DNA of 64,000 nt from Candidatus Curtissbacteria bacterium. Its GTDB lineage: Bacteria > Patescibacteriota > Microgenomatia > Curtissbacterales > GWA2-41-24. Below the pieces are notes generated by a model. The model worked only from the letters and a program-made list of their open reading frames with translations. It was not told the DNA's origin and made no database searches. Position numbers and translations under genes: made by a program. The DNA lies in assembly GCA_030647775.1 (NCBI GenBank), contig JAUSJC010000010.1:200718-264717 (forward strand), given 5' to 3'. This document shows, one piece after another, positions 35,114 through 44,450 of the stretch (the first letter of the stretch is position 1; each line of letters starts with the position of its first letter).

Positions 35114-35947
35114 ATGGAAGGCGCAATACTGCAAACATCGCTAGTCGCCGCCTTTGCCGCCGGTATAGTTGCCCTTTTTGCGCCATGCTGTATCACATAT
35201 CTTTTGCCAGCCTATTTAGGTAGCGTATTCAAGGAGAAGGAAAAAGTTCTACTTATGACGCTGGTTTTTGGCCTTGGTATTTTTATTGTCATGATGCCGG
35301 CTATTTTAGGAGTAGCGCTTCTTTCAAAAGCTCTTTTTATATACCATGGCCCGATCTATTTTGTCGGAGGATTGGTAATGATTGCAATAGCTCTAATTAC
35401 TATTCTTGGTTTGCGTCTTCCCATGCCTCATTTGCCGGGCAGAGCTCAAGGCAAGACAGACATTCTCTCGATTTTTACGCTCGGCATTTTTTCCGGAATC
35501 ACCAGCGCCTGCTGCGCGCCTGTTTTAATAGGAATTCTTGCTCTTACATTCCTTTCGCCGAACTTTTTAGGGGCACTGGGGATAGGGGCAGTCTATGTAT
35601 TGGGTATGATAACCCCGCTCCTTATTATTTCATTGTTCCTCTCCGGTAAGATTGAAAGATTTATGTTTTTGAGAAAACCCGTCAGGCAATTGAGCTTTTT
35701 AGGGAAAGACAGGACTCTTCTTATGAGCAATTTTATTGCAAGCACCATTTTTTTTATAACGGGTGTTGCCATCATTATTTTGAATACAACGGGAAGGCTT
35801 GGGAAGGAAGATGTAAATGGATTTACAAAACTCATAACAGGCGCGGGAAATTATGTAAATCAATTAGTTGGCGGAAATATAGCCATAAATATAATTTTTC
35901 TTATGGTAATAATTTTTGGGCTTTATAAACTTATAAAGAAAATATAA
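35114..35947 (+). CDS. CcdA/DsbD-family thiol-disulfide transporter 1
   Basis: FAPCC...LP.Y, ACCAPVL. Confidence 0.85.
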   Translation: MEGAILQTSLVAAFAAGIVALFAPCCITYLLPAYLGSVFKEKEKVLLMTLVFGLGIFIVMMPAILGVALLSKALFIYHGPIYFVGGLVMIAIALITILGLRLPMPHLPGRAQGKTDILSIFTLGIFSGITSACCAPVLIGILALTFLSPNFLGALGIGAVYVLGMITPLLIISLFLSGKIERFMFLRKPVRQLSFLGKDRTLLMSNFIASTIFFITGVAIIILNTTGRLGKEDVNGFTKLITGAGNYVNQLVGGNIAINIIFLMVIIFGLYKLIKKI

Positions 35948-35956
35948 GGTGGTATT

Positions 35957-36115
35957 ATGAATAAAAGTATTGTACTACTTATTATTGTTGCTTTTATTGT
36001 CGGAGGTGTTCTTGCGGGAAGAATTGATATTTCAAGATTGCTTCCTTTTGCTATTATTTTGATTTGTCCACTAATGATGATGTTTATGATGAAAGATCAC
36101 CATAAACATAAATAA
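35957..36115 (+). CDS. Small DUF2933-like membrane protein, 52 aa, not in ORF track
   Basis: ...LICPLMMMFMMKDHHKHK. Confidence 0.8.
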   Translation: MNKSIVLLIIVAFIVGGVLAGRIDISRLLPFAIILICPLMMMFMMKDHHKHK

Positions 36116-36128
36116 AGGAGGTGAATAA

Positions 36129-36395
36129 ATGTTAAATGCAAAAGCGTTTGCAAACGCAGCAGCAACAGTAATGGCAGTATGGGTACTGGCGTGTGCCCTG
36201 TTATCATTCCTTGCACCCGATTTGCTTTTCACCGTTGCCCAGTCCTGGATGCATACCATAAACCTGGAGTCGGTTAAAACGACTCTCAATCCAAATTTAG
36301 GGTTTTTACTTTGGGGATTGATCACGGCAACAGGTTTGACTTGGCTGACAACATACTCATTTGCCAAGTTGTACAACCGGTTTACAAAGAAGTAA
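36129..36395 (+). CDS. Small two-TM protein (DUF5676-like)
   Basis: AGGAGGTGA SD; CA.....P....SW.H. Confidence 0.7.
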   Translation: MLNAKAFANAAATVMAVWVLACALLSFLAPDLLFTVAQSWMHTINLESVKTTLNPNLGFLLWGLITATGLTWLTTYSFAKLYNRFTKK

Positions 36396-36404
36396 AAAAG
36401 TACT

Positions 36405-36572
36405 ATGTTCTGGCCAAAAAAATCTAAAAAAGCAGCCGATCCTGTTTGCCTTATGAAAGTAAAGGTAGAAGACGGTGCAGTCTCATTAGGCCATAAGGGT
36501 CAAAGGTATTATTTTTGTTCCGAAAATTGTAAGGGACAATTCAAACAAAATCCGCAAAAATATTTATCATGA
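36405..36572 (+). CDS. YHS/TRASH metal-binding protein, 55 aa, not in ORF track
   Basis: DPVCLMKV..YYFCS..C...F..NPQKY. Confidence 0.88.
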   Translation: MFWPKKSKKAADPVCLMKVKVEDGAVSLGHKGQRYYFCSENCKGQFKQNPQKYLS

Positions 36573-36604
36573 AAAATATTTTTGAAAACGAGCCGCATCA
36601 TTAA

Positions 36605-37486
36605 ATGGATTTATTAGTAAGCGCGTCATTTATTGCTTCATTCTTTGCGGGAGTCGCCGCTCTTTTTGCGCCTTGTTGCGTGACTGTTCTTTTACCCACA
36701 TATCTTGCTTCGGTTTTTAAGCAAAGAACAACCGTGTTTTTAATGACCTTTGTCTATTTCTTAGGCCTACTGTTAGTATTTTTGCCAATTGGGCTGGGGG
36801 CAGCCGCCCTAACCCAGGTTTTTAGTTCGTATCATAATGTCATTTTTTACTTAGGCTCAATCTTTTTACTTATGCTTGGGTTTAGTCTGGTCCTCGGCTT
36901 GCAATTTTCATTTCCTGTCGTAGTCCACCCGCGGCTCAGGGGTTCGGGATTAGGTTCGGTTTTTGTTTTAGGGGTATTTTCCGGCATAGCCACGACTTGT
37001 TGTGCCCCGGTTTTAGCCGGCGTTTTAACTCTTGCCGCCATGCCGGGGTCATTTCTCTTGGGTGGGGCTTACACGCTTGCCTACGTTTTGGGCATGGTTA
37101 TTCCTTTATTTGTCCTGAGCGCACTGCTCGACAAGAGTAAATTTACACAAAAGTTTTTCATTTTTAGAAAAACAGTAAGCTATAGCTTTTTTGGTAAAAA
37201 AATCCGCCTGACCATATCAAATCTTTTTTCGGGATTAATGTTTTTAACTCTCGGAGCACTTATTTTTTACTTGGCCAGGACAAATAATCTGGCATCTCAT
37301 GCTTCCTATCAAATTACGGTTAATGTATTCCTTACAAAACTTATACGATTTGTGAGTACCTATACAAAAATTATTTCGGAGCCCATCTGGGCCATTATCT
37401 TCTTTGTCGCGTTTCTGGCAATTATTGGAATTTCCGTCAGACAATTCTTAAACTCAAACGATAAGAAAGAAGGTGGTCACAAATAA
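36605..37486 (+). CDS. CcdA/DsbD-family thiol-disulfide transporter 2
   Basis: FAPCC, TTCCAPVL. Confidence 0.85.
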   Translation: MDLLVSASFIASFFAGVAALFAPCCVTVLLPTYLASVFKQRTTVFLMTFVYFLGLLLVFLPIGLGAAALTQVFSSYHNVIFYLGSIFLLMLGFSLVLGLQFSFPVVVHPRLRGSGLGSVFVLGVFSGIATTCCAPVLAGVLTLAAMPGSFLLGGAYTLAYVLGMVIPLFVLSALLDKSKFTQKFFIFRKTVSYSFFGKKIRLTISNLFSGLMFLTLGALIFYLARTNNLASHASYQITVNVFLTKLIRFVSTYTKIISEPIWAIIFFVAFLAIIGISVRQFLNSNDKKEGGHK

Positions 37487-38106
37487 AAAAACAAACAATT
37501 TTTATCATAGTCCCGGTTGCACTATTTATCTTGGCCGCCGTAGCCTTCTTTTTAGCCGGAAATAGCGGCAATGACAATCAATCGACAAACGGTAACGATC
37601 ATCATCAAGAACAGGCCACACAAGACGAAAATAAGTTCAACGCCCTTCTCGGCAATGAAGCCCCCAATTTTACTCTAGAAAGTTTCGACGGCAAAAAAAT
37701 CAACCTGCAAGACTTAAGAGGTAAAAAAGTCGTCTTATTTTTTAACGAAGGCGTTATGTGTTACCCAGCCTGTTGGAACCAAATTGCCGCTTTCGGAAAA
37801 GATAATGCCTTCAATAATGAAAGCACGTCTACCCTTGTAATTAACCCCGATACAAAAAACGACTGGAAAACCGCTGTTTCCAAAATGCCGGAACTAGCAT
37901 CAGCCAATGTTCTTCTAGATTCAAATAAAAACGTTTCAAGAGAATATGGGGTACTATCCCTGCCATCTTCAATGCATAAAGGAACTATGCCCGGCCATAC
38001 ATATCTTATTCTCGACAAAAATGGTGTCGTCCGTTTTCTCAAAGACGATCCGCAAATGGCCGTTAGAAATGACGAACTGCGAAAGGAGCTTGAGAAGCTG
38101 AATTGA
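37483..38106 (+). CDS. Peroxiredoxin/redoxin family membrane-anchored protein; start ATA 37483 or TTG 37531
   Basis: APNFTL, L.DLRGK.VVLFF, CYPAC. Confidence 0.8.
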   Translation: MKKQTIFIIVPVALFILAAVAFFLAGNSGNDNQSTNGNDHHQEQATQDENKFNALLGNEAPNFTLESFDGKKINLQDLRGKKVVLFFNEGVMCYPACWNQIAAFGKDNAFNNESTSTLVINPDTKNDWKTAVSKMPELASANVLLDSNKNVSREYGVLSLPSSMHKGTMPGHTYLILDKNGVVRFLKDDPQMAVRNDELRKELEKLN

Positions 38107-38564
38107 TTGCCAGAGAGATGAAAGCTGTGCTTAGTATAACAGCCTGGGCAGTTTTAAAAGGAGTATTAGCGGCACTTTTTTTACTGACACTTTATTTTGC
38201 CGTTGTCTCTCTGGTGTCAGGCTGGGATTTTGCAAAAGACCAATTCACTAAATTTTGGTACTTTACAATAACTCTCGCACTTGGATTTGGGATCCAAATT
38301 GGTCTTTATAGTTATTTAAAAAGTGCCATCCGTCAAGCTGTTTCGGCAAAAGTAGTAGCAGCGTCAGGCGCAACATCAACTGTAGCCATGATTTCTTGCT
38401 GTGCTCATTATTTGGCCACTATTTTGCCAATATTAGGAATAACCGGAATAATTACAATCATTAGTCAATATCAGGTTCGTTTATTCTGGATTGGCCTAGC
38501 ATTTAACTTAGCCGGTATTTCGTATATGCTAAGTAGATTAATAAAGTACACTCGCCCGGTATGA
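38103..38564 (+). CDS. Membrane protein with CCAH motif
   Basis: AMISCCAHY; TM helices. Confidence 0.7.
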   Translation: MIAREMKAVLSITAWAVLKGVLAALFLLTLYFAVVSLVSGWDFAKDQFTKFWYFTITLALGFGIQIGLYSYLKSAIRQAVSAKVVAASGATSTVAMISCCAHYLATILPILGITGIITIISQYQVRLFWIGLAFNLAGISYMLSRLIKYTRPV

Positions 38565-38983
38565 AAACAAACAGGTTAATTTTCCTTAGCGTTTTAATTA
38601 TCCTAACGAGTGTCTTTCTCGTTTCAAAGGTTGTCAATAAACCTGACAAGTTACAAAATAGTGCTGCGCCTTCTCAAACAAACTCACAAGGTACGGTAAG
38701 CATCGCAGTAACCCTAAAAAATGTGTCGCAGCCGGTCTTTAAAATTGTTTTAGATACACATTCCGGCAGTCTCGATGAGGACATAGCCGCGAGTTCTGTG
38801 CTTATTGACGATCAGGGCAATACAAAACAGCCAATTGCCTGGGAAGGTAATCCAGCCGGTGGTCATCATAGAGAAGGGGAATTGAAATTTCAGGCTATTA
38901 CTCCCGGATCGAAATCAATCACACTCAAAATACGAGATATCGGAGAAGTGTCCGAGAGGAGCTTCACTTGGAATCTTGAGTAA
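38561..38983 (+). CDS. Exported His-motif protein
   Basis: LDTHSG, GGHHREG.L.F. Confidence 0.7.
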   Translation: MKTNRLIFLSVLIILTSVFLVSKVVNKPDKLQNSAAPSQTNSQGTVSIAVTLKNVSQPVFKIVLDTHSGSLDEDIAASSVLIDDQGNTKQPIAWEGNPAGGHHREGELKFQAITPGSKSITLKIRDIGEVSERSFTWNLE

Positions 38984-38998
38984 TGTATAAGTAAGCAC

Positions 38999-39496
38999 AT
39001 GAGAAATTCTATTTTAAAAGTAACTATATTTGCTATCGCCTTTGCTTTTGTTGAAGCCGCAGTTGTAGTCTACTTACGCCACCTCTTGGGAGCCAGCCAG
39101 CCGCAATTTAACCAAAGTGAAGTATTATTGCTTCTTCCCGGTATAACTTTTTTAGAACCACAAACCGCGGTAAAAATTATCAAAAACACCGCAATCCTTA
39201 ATGTTGAAAGGATCAGGGAAGTTGCAACGCTTGTCATTTTGGCATCGGTTGCCGCCACGGCCGGAAAAAACCTCAAGCAAAAAATTGCCTATTTCTTTTT
39301 AGCCTTTGGGGTCTGGGACATTTTTTATTATGTTTTTTTAAAACTGATTATAAACTGGCCTAATGCTTTAACTGATTCAGATACATTTTTCTTACTTCCC
39401 GTCCCCTGGGTTGGCCCTGTTTTTGTACCAGTCATAATCTCTTTCTGTATGATTTTGCTGTCGCTTTTTTATCTGACTAAATCAAAAAAATCATGA
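38999..39496 (+). CDS. Hypothetical membrane protein
   Basis: EAAVVVY, RE.AT, WDIFYY, PVPW.GP. Confidence 0.75.
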   Translation: MRNSILKVTIFAIAFAFVEAAVVVYLRHLLGASQPQFNQSEVLLLLPGITFLEPQTAVKIIKNTAILNVERIREVATLVILASVAATAGKNLKQKIAYFFLAFGVWDIFYYVFLKLIINWPNALTDSDTFFLLPVPWVGPVFVPVIISFCMILLSLFYLTKSKKS

Positions 39497-40197
39497 AATA
39501 CACTTGGCTTGCCGGAAGCCTAATTATGCTAGGAGTCTGGTTCTTAATATTCCTAAAGGCTAAGAATAAAGATACGCGCGTAAAAATGTTCAGAGTAAGC
39601 CTCGTAACTTCACTGCTGGGTTTTACCGAACCAATTTTTGTGCCTAAATATTGGAATCCACCTTCGCTTTTTAACTTGGCTCAAACTACAAGGTTTGACG
39701 TGGAAAGCCTAATTTTTGCTTTCGGAATTGGTGGTATTGCGTCAGTAGCGTACGAATGGCTGTTCAAGACTAAGCAAATGGGAATGCCGTCTTCTCAAAT
39801 GCATAACACGCGCCATCGTTATCATCTTTTGGCTCTGTTTTCAACGCCGATAATTTTTGGAGTTTTATATTTTTCAACTAATTTTAACCCGATCTATTCC
39901 ACCATAATCGCACTTTCGACTGGGGGATTATTTACCTGGTACTGTCGCCCGGACCTAAAAGCAAAAATGGTAATTGGCGGTCTTATATTTACAATCTGTT
40001 ATTTTCTTATTTTCCTATTCCTTGTTTTAATCGACCCTGATTTTGTTAAAAAGGCTTGGAATCTTTCGGCCATTTCGGGTATTTTAGTTTTAGGTGTGCC
40101 GCTGGAAGAAATAATGTTCGCCTTCGCACTTGGCTTTATGTGGTCAAGCGTTTATGAACATGTCATGTGGCAGAAAGTGATACACTCAAACCGCTAA
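39493..40197 (+). CDS. Lycopene-cyclase-domain-like membrane protein
   Basis: G.PLEE..F motif; multiple TMs. Confidence 0.65.
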   Translation: MKYTWLAGSLIMLGVWFLIFLKAKNKDTRVKMFRVSLVTSLLGFTEPIFVPKYWNPPSLFNLAQTTRFDVESLIFAFGIGGIASVAYEWLFKTKQMGMPSSQMHNTRHRYHLLALFSTPIIFGVLYFSTNFNPIYSTIIALSTGGLFTWYCRPDLKAKMVIGGLIFTICYFLIFLFLVLIDPDFVKKAWNLSAISGILVLGVPLEEIMFAFALGFMWSSVYEHVMWQKVIHSNR

Positions 40198-40216
40198 AAA
40201 TTTGGGATACATAAAA

Positions 40217-42460
40217 ATGGAACATCAAATAGAAAACCAAAAACCCAAAAATCTTTACACCTGCCCCATGCACGCAGAAGTTTTAAGCGCCAACCCTGGC
40301 ACTTGTCCAAAGTGCGGAATGGTTTTGGTCAAGGCAGAAGGAAAAATGTCTCACCAGAATATGGAAATGCCTGCCCGCAATGCTACGCATAGCGTTGCAG
40401 GCGGGTCCTTTTGGGAAAAATTCAAAATGGGTATGACTATGGTGATGGGTATGGAGCATGGTGGGCTTGCCGGCCGCGAAATGGCCAAATTGATGGAAGA
40501 AGATATTAGGAACAAATTCTTTTTCTCGCTTCTGCTCTCTTTGCCGATCATTGCTTACTCACCGCTAGGGCAACAGCTTCTCGGCTTAAAACTGCCGACA
40601 CCAATACCATCGGCATGGATCTTATTCATTCTAACCACCCCCGTTTTTTTCTATTCCGGCTGGATATTTCTTTACTCGAGCTTCAGAGCGCTTCAAAAAA
40701 AGATCCTCAATATGGCGGTTTTAATAGCCGTTGGTATTACGGCGGCTTACGCGTTTAGCATTGTCCTGACGGTTATCGGGTCAAACGATTCCTACTACGA
40801 GGCGGCAGCCCTTCTTATCACCTTTGTCCTTTTCGGCCACTGGATGGAAATGAAGTCCCGTCGCGGTACAACAGACGCCCTGCAGGCTCTATTTGCACTG
40901 GTTCCGCCAAAAGCCAGAATTATTAAAAACGGCCAAGAACAGCAAATTCCAACCTCTGAAGTTAAAGTCGGCGATATTTTAATTTTAAAACCCGGAGACA
41001 AGGTACCAGTTGATGGCGAAATCGTTGAAGGCGAAACGGCAATTGACGAGTCCCTGGTAACAGGAGAATCAATTCCGGTAGCCAAGGCGAAAGGCGATAA
41101 AGTCATCGGGGGTTCTATAAACCAATCCGGATCTGTGAAATTTAAAGCGACAAAAGTAGGTAAAGATACGGCACTCGCCCAAATTGTAAAAATGGTTGAA
41201 ACAGCCCAAAACTCTAAAGCCCCCGGGCAAAAGATCGCTGACAGGTTTGCGCAGTACTTGGTTATCGTGGCTGTTGGAGGCGGGTTAATCACGTTCGGTG
41301 TTTGGTTTTTTATCATTGGTCAACCGCTTCTTTTCGCTTTAACATTTGCAATTTCTACAGTTGTTATCGCCTGCCCGGACGCGCTTGGTCTTGCCACACC
41401 GACTGCTGTTGCCGTCGGCACCGGCCTTGGCGCCAAGCACAATATCCTAATAAAAGACGCCTCGACGCTTGAACAGGTTTCCAAAATACAAGCCGTGGTC
41501 TTGGATAAAACAGGAACATTAACGGAAGGGAAGCCCAAAATTACAGATGTAATAGCCGCTGGGGGATTCTCCGAAAATGAAATATTAAGGCTGTTTGCCT
41601 CGGCGGAAGCAAAATCAAGTCATCCGTTAAGCAAGGCAGTCCTTGAAGAAGCCGCCAGAAGGAAAATTTCAGTGTCGCAAAAAGTCGAGAAATTTATTTC
41701 TATAGCAGGACATGGCGTCGAGGCGCGAGTAGCGGGTAAGCAGGTTTTAGTTGGAACCGTAAAACTGATGAAAGATAGAAGCATTGATTTGACATCAATT
41801 GAAAAAGAAATCGGCCGTTTAGTCGGTGAAGGCAAAACAATCATGGTTCTGGCAATAAATGGCCAAGCCGCAGGGGTCGCGGCAGCTGCGGATCCAATTA
41901 AAGAAAATGCAAAACTGGCTATAAAACGAATGCAGGAACTCGGTTTGGAGATAGCTATGATAACCGGTGATAACCAGAAAACTGCCGAGTCCATTGGCCG
42001 GCAGCTTGGAATAAAAAGGATTTTTGCCGAAGTTCTACCGGGGGATAAGGCGAAGTACGTTAAGAAACTACAGGACGAAGGCAAATTCACGGCGATGGTC
42101 GGAGACGGCGTAAATGATGCGCCTGCTCTTGCTCAAGCTGATATAGGTATAGCAATAGGCGCCGGTACAGACGTGGCTATTGAAACAGCAAACGTAGTTC
42201 TCATGAAATCCGACCCGGCGGATGTGCTAAGGGCAATCCGTTTGTCCAAAGCCACAGTTACCAAAATGAAACAAAATCTTTTCTGGGCATCGATTTACAA
42301 TTTGTTGGCAATCCCGATAGCGGCCGGTGTTTTATACCCCGGTTTCGGTATTTCCCTGCGTCCTGAAATATCGGCGCTTTTAATGAGTATATCTTCAATC
42401 ATTGTTGCTACAAACGCAGTTCTATTGAAAAGGGTAGAAAAAAGCCTTGTAAGCGTATAA
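40217..42460 (+). CDS. copA: Copper-translocating P1B-type ATPase
   Basis: YTCPMH, TGES, CPD, DKTGT, HP, GDGVND, YN and MSISS. Confidence 0.93.
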   Translation: MEHQIENQKPKNLYTCPMHAEVLSANPGTCPKCGMVLVKAEGKMSHQNMEMPARNATHSVAGGSFWEKFKMGMTMVMGMEHGGLAGREMAKLMEEDIRNKFFFSLLLSLPIIAYSPLGQQLLGLKLPTPIPSAWILFILTTPVFFYSGWIFLYSSFRALQKKILNMAVLIAVGITAAYAFSIVLTVIGSNDSYYEAAALLITFVLFGHWMEMKSRRGTTDALQALFALVPPKARIIKNGQEQQIPTSEVKVGDILILKPGDKVPVDGEIVEGETAIDESLVTGESIPVAKAKGDKVIGGSINQSGSVKFKATKVGKDTALAQIVKMVETAQNSKAPGQKIADRFAQYLVIVAVGGGLITFGVWFFIIGQPLLFALTFAISTVVIACPDALGLATPTAVAVGTGLGAKHNILIKDASTLEQVSKIQAVVLDKTGTLTEGKPKITDVIAAGGFSENEILRLFASAEAKSSHPLSKAVLEEAARRKISVSQKVEKFISIAGHGVEARVAGKQVLVGTVKLMKDRSIDLTSIEKEIGRLVGEGKTIMVLAINGQAAGVAAAADPIKENAKLAIKRMQELGLEIAMITGDNQKTAESIGRQLGIKRIFAEVLPGDKAKYVKKLQDEGKFTAMVGDGVNDAPALAQADIGIAIGAGTDVAIETANVVLMKSDPADVLRAIRLSKATVTKMKQNLFWASIYNLLAIPIAAGVLYPGFGISLRPEISALLMSISSIIVATNAVLLKRVEKSLVSV

Positions 42461-42496
42461 AAGGAGGATCATATTTTTAAGATTCTGCAGTATTTT

Positions 42497-43168
42497 TTGA
42501 TTATCATCCTTTCAATAATAATCATTCTTGGAAATTTTAATTTTCTGATTTTCAATAAAAACCATTACCGGTCTCTTTATATAAAAGTAGGAGTTTACCA
42601 AAATTTCCAAAATCAAAAAATTATAGATAGCGCTACGGATAACCTTTTCGGCTACTTTCGGGGACAAAACAAACTCGATCAAAATTTTTTCTCAATGCAG
42701 GCTGTTTCACACCTAAAGGACGTCAAAGATTTACTGCAGGTTTCAAACGGCCTATTCTATTTTTCTTTTATCGCGGTAATCTGCTTGGGAATTTTTCTTG
42801 TCGCCAAGAAACGATCAAAAATCGTTTTTAAATCTCTTTTTATTTCGTCAATCGTCACGATTATCTTTGTTGTCATGCTTGGGCTGGGAGCAGCTACGGC
42901 TTTCGATAGTTTTTTCCTTAAATTCCATCAGCTTTTATTCACTAATACCCTTTGGCTTTTTCCGCCGGACGATAATTTGATACGTCTTTTCCCCCAGCAG
43001 TTTTTTGTGGAATTTGCCAACCGCCTAGCCCTAAACATTTTGATCACATCAATTATAATAGCCTCTGTTGCTTTTTCTATCTCACATTCTGTCATCCCGA
43101 ATTTATTTCGGGATCTACAACTAAAGATGCTGAAACGAGTTCAGCATGACAAGAAAGGAATGACATGA
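42497..43168 (+). CDS. TIGR01906/DUF1461-like membrane protein with repeat-derived C-terminus
   Basis: HL.DVK.L, F..FH..LF...W.F, LIRLFP..FF. Confidence 0.8.
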   Translation: MIIILSIIIILGNFNFLIFNKNHYRSLYIKVGVYQNFQNQKIIDSATDNLFGYFRGQNKLDQNFFSMQAVSHLKDVKDLLQVSNGLFYFSFIAVICLGIFLVAKKRSKIVFKSLFISSIVTIIFVVMLGLGAATAFDSFFLKFHQLLFTNTLWLFPPDDNLIRLFPQQFFVEFANRLALNILITSIIIASVAFSISHSVIPNLFRDLQLKMLKRVQHDKKGMT

Positions 43169-43917
43169 TCCCTAATTCATTCCCCATCGGTCCCCTCACC
43201 ATCCATATTTACGGTCTAATTATCGCCATTGCCATTCTTCTGGGTTGGACCATAGCCAAAAAACGGGCGCTTTCATACAAAATCAAAGCCGATTTATTTG
43301 ATGACCCGCTTCTTCTCCTGCCATTTATTTTTGGGATCGTCGGCGGCCGTCTCTACCACGTTATCGATAAATGGGATTTTTACTCCCAAAATCCAAATCA
43401 GATCTTTGCTATCACAAACGGGGGATTGGGGATTTTCGGAGCACTGGCCGGAGTTTTTATTGGATTTTGGTTCGTTGCCAAAATAAAGAAGGTCGATTTT
43501 TTAAAATTATTAGATTTGATATCACCGGCTCTCATCCTTGGTCAGGCAATCGGCCGCATCGGTAATTTTATCAATCAGGAAGGCTTTGGTCCACCAACGA
43601 ACCTGCCATGGGGAGTCGCCATCGATCCGGCCCATCGTCCAGGCCAATATTTATTCTCGACCCATTTCCACCCGACATTTTTTTATGAAGCAATTTTAGA
43701 AGTATTAGCTTTTATTGTCTTGATTAAAATGTCGAGTAAACTAAAACTTCCCGGCCAAACATTCGGCCTTTACTTGGTCCTCTACGCGCTTTCTCGCGCA
43801 GTTGCCGAATACTGGCGCATCGATACAGCCAAAATCGGGGAGATAAAAGTGGCTTATATACTGGCCTTTTTGAGTTTGATTTTTGGTATCTATTTGGTAA
43901 AAAGAAGGGAAAATTAA
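43165..43917 (+). CDS. lgt: Prolipoprotein diacylglyceryl transferase
   Basis: YG, GGRLYHV, GGL.I.G, QAIGRIGNFINQE.FG, HPTF.YE. Confidence 0.95.
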   Translation: MIPNSFPIGPLTIHIYGLIIAIAILLGWTIAKKRALSYKIKADLFDDPLLLLPFIFGIVGGRLYHVIDKWDFYSQNPNQIFAITNGGLGIFGALAGVFIGFWFVAKIKKVDFLKLLDLISPALILGQAIGRIGNFINQEGFGPPTNLPWGVAIDPAHRPGQYLFSTHFHPTFFYEAILEVLAFIVLIKMSSKLKLPGQTFGLYLVLYALSRAVAEYWRIDTAKIGEIKVAYILAFLSLIFGIYLVKRREN

Positions 43918-44315
43918 GGTTTCCCGGGCTGGCCACTAACTTCGTCTTTACGATCCCTACCGATACCTTCTTTTTTGTCCCAAATGCCCAGAATCTGATC
44001 AGAATCCATCCCCATTTCCATCATCGCTCGAACCCAATCGCCATCACTTTGCACTTTTCCCTCATAAGTTCCCGCATCCAAAGCTTCTTTTATCTCATCA
44101 ACCGATTCATCTTCAGGCTTTGTTTCGAGTCTACGAGCCAGCCGGTCAAATATGCCGTCCACTTTAACACCAGACAGCTCTGCTTTTTTAATTTGCTCGC
44201 CAACGCGCTGAACTAAGTTGGCTTTGGATTGTTCACCCGGTTCTGCCACGTTCTTATTATCTCTTATGAGGAGCTCAGTGTGCAAATTGTAGGCTTGACA
44301 CGACTTAGCACTCAT
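43914..44315 (-). CDS. Hypothetical protein; start uncertain, ORF-track extension overlaps lon
   Basis: Protein-like C-terminal ~130 aa fills the gap between lgt and lon. Confidence 0.5.
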   Translation of the reverse strand: MSAKSCQAYNLHTELLIRDNKNVAEPGEQSKANLVQRVGEQIKKAELSGVKVDGIFDRLARRLETKPEDESVDEIKEALDAGTYEGKVQSDGDWVRAMMEMGMDSDQILGIWDKKEGIGRDRKDEVSGQPGKP

Positions 44316-44356
44316 GGTATGCTCTCTGCTAACCCCAATCCGAACCATTCGGATTA

Positions 44357-44407
44357 TAGACCCGCAGTCCTGAGTCGCGAAGGACGAGGATCGCATGGCA
44401 CTGTATA
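44357..44407 (+). repeat. Family D leader element with nested family A, upstream of lon
   Basis: tagacccgca[gtcctgagtcgcgaaggac]gaggatcgcatggcactgtata. Confidence 0.8.
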
Positions 44408-44450
44408 TTCGGACTAACAATTCGGATAAATTCGGGTGTAAAATAAAGAC

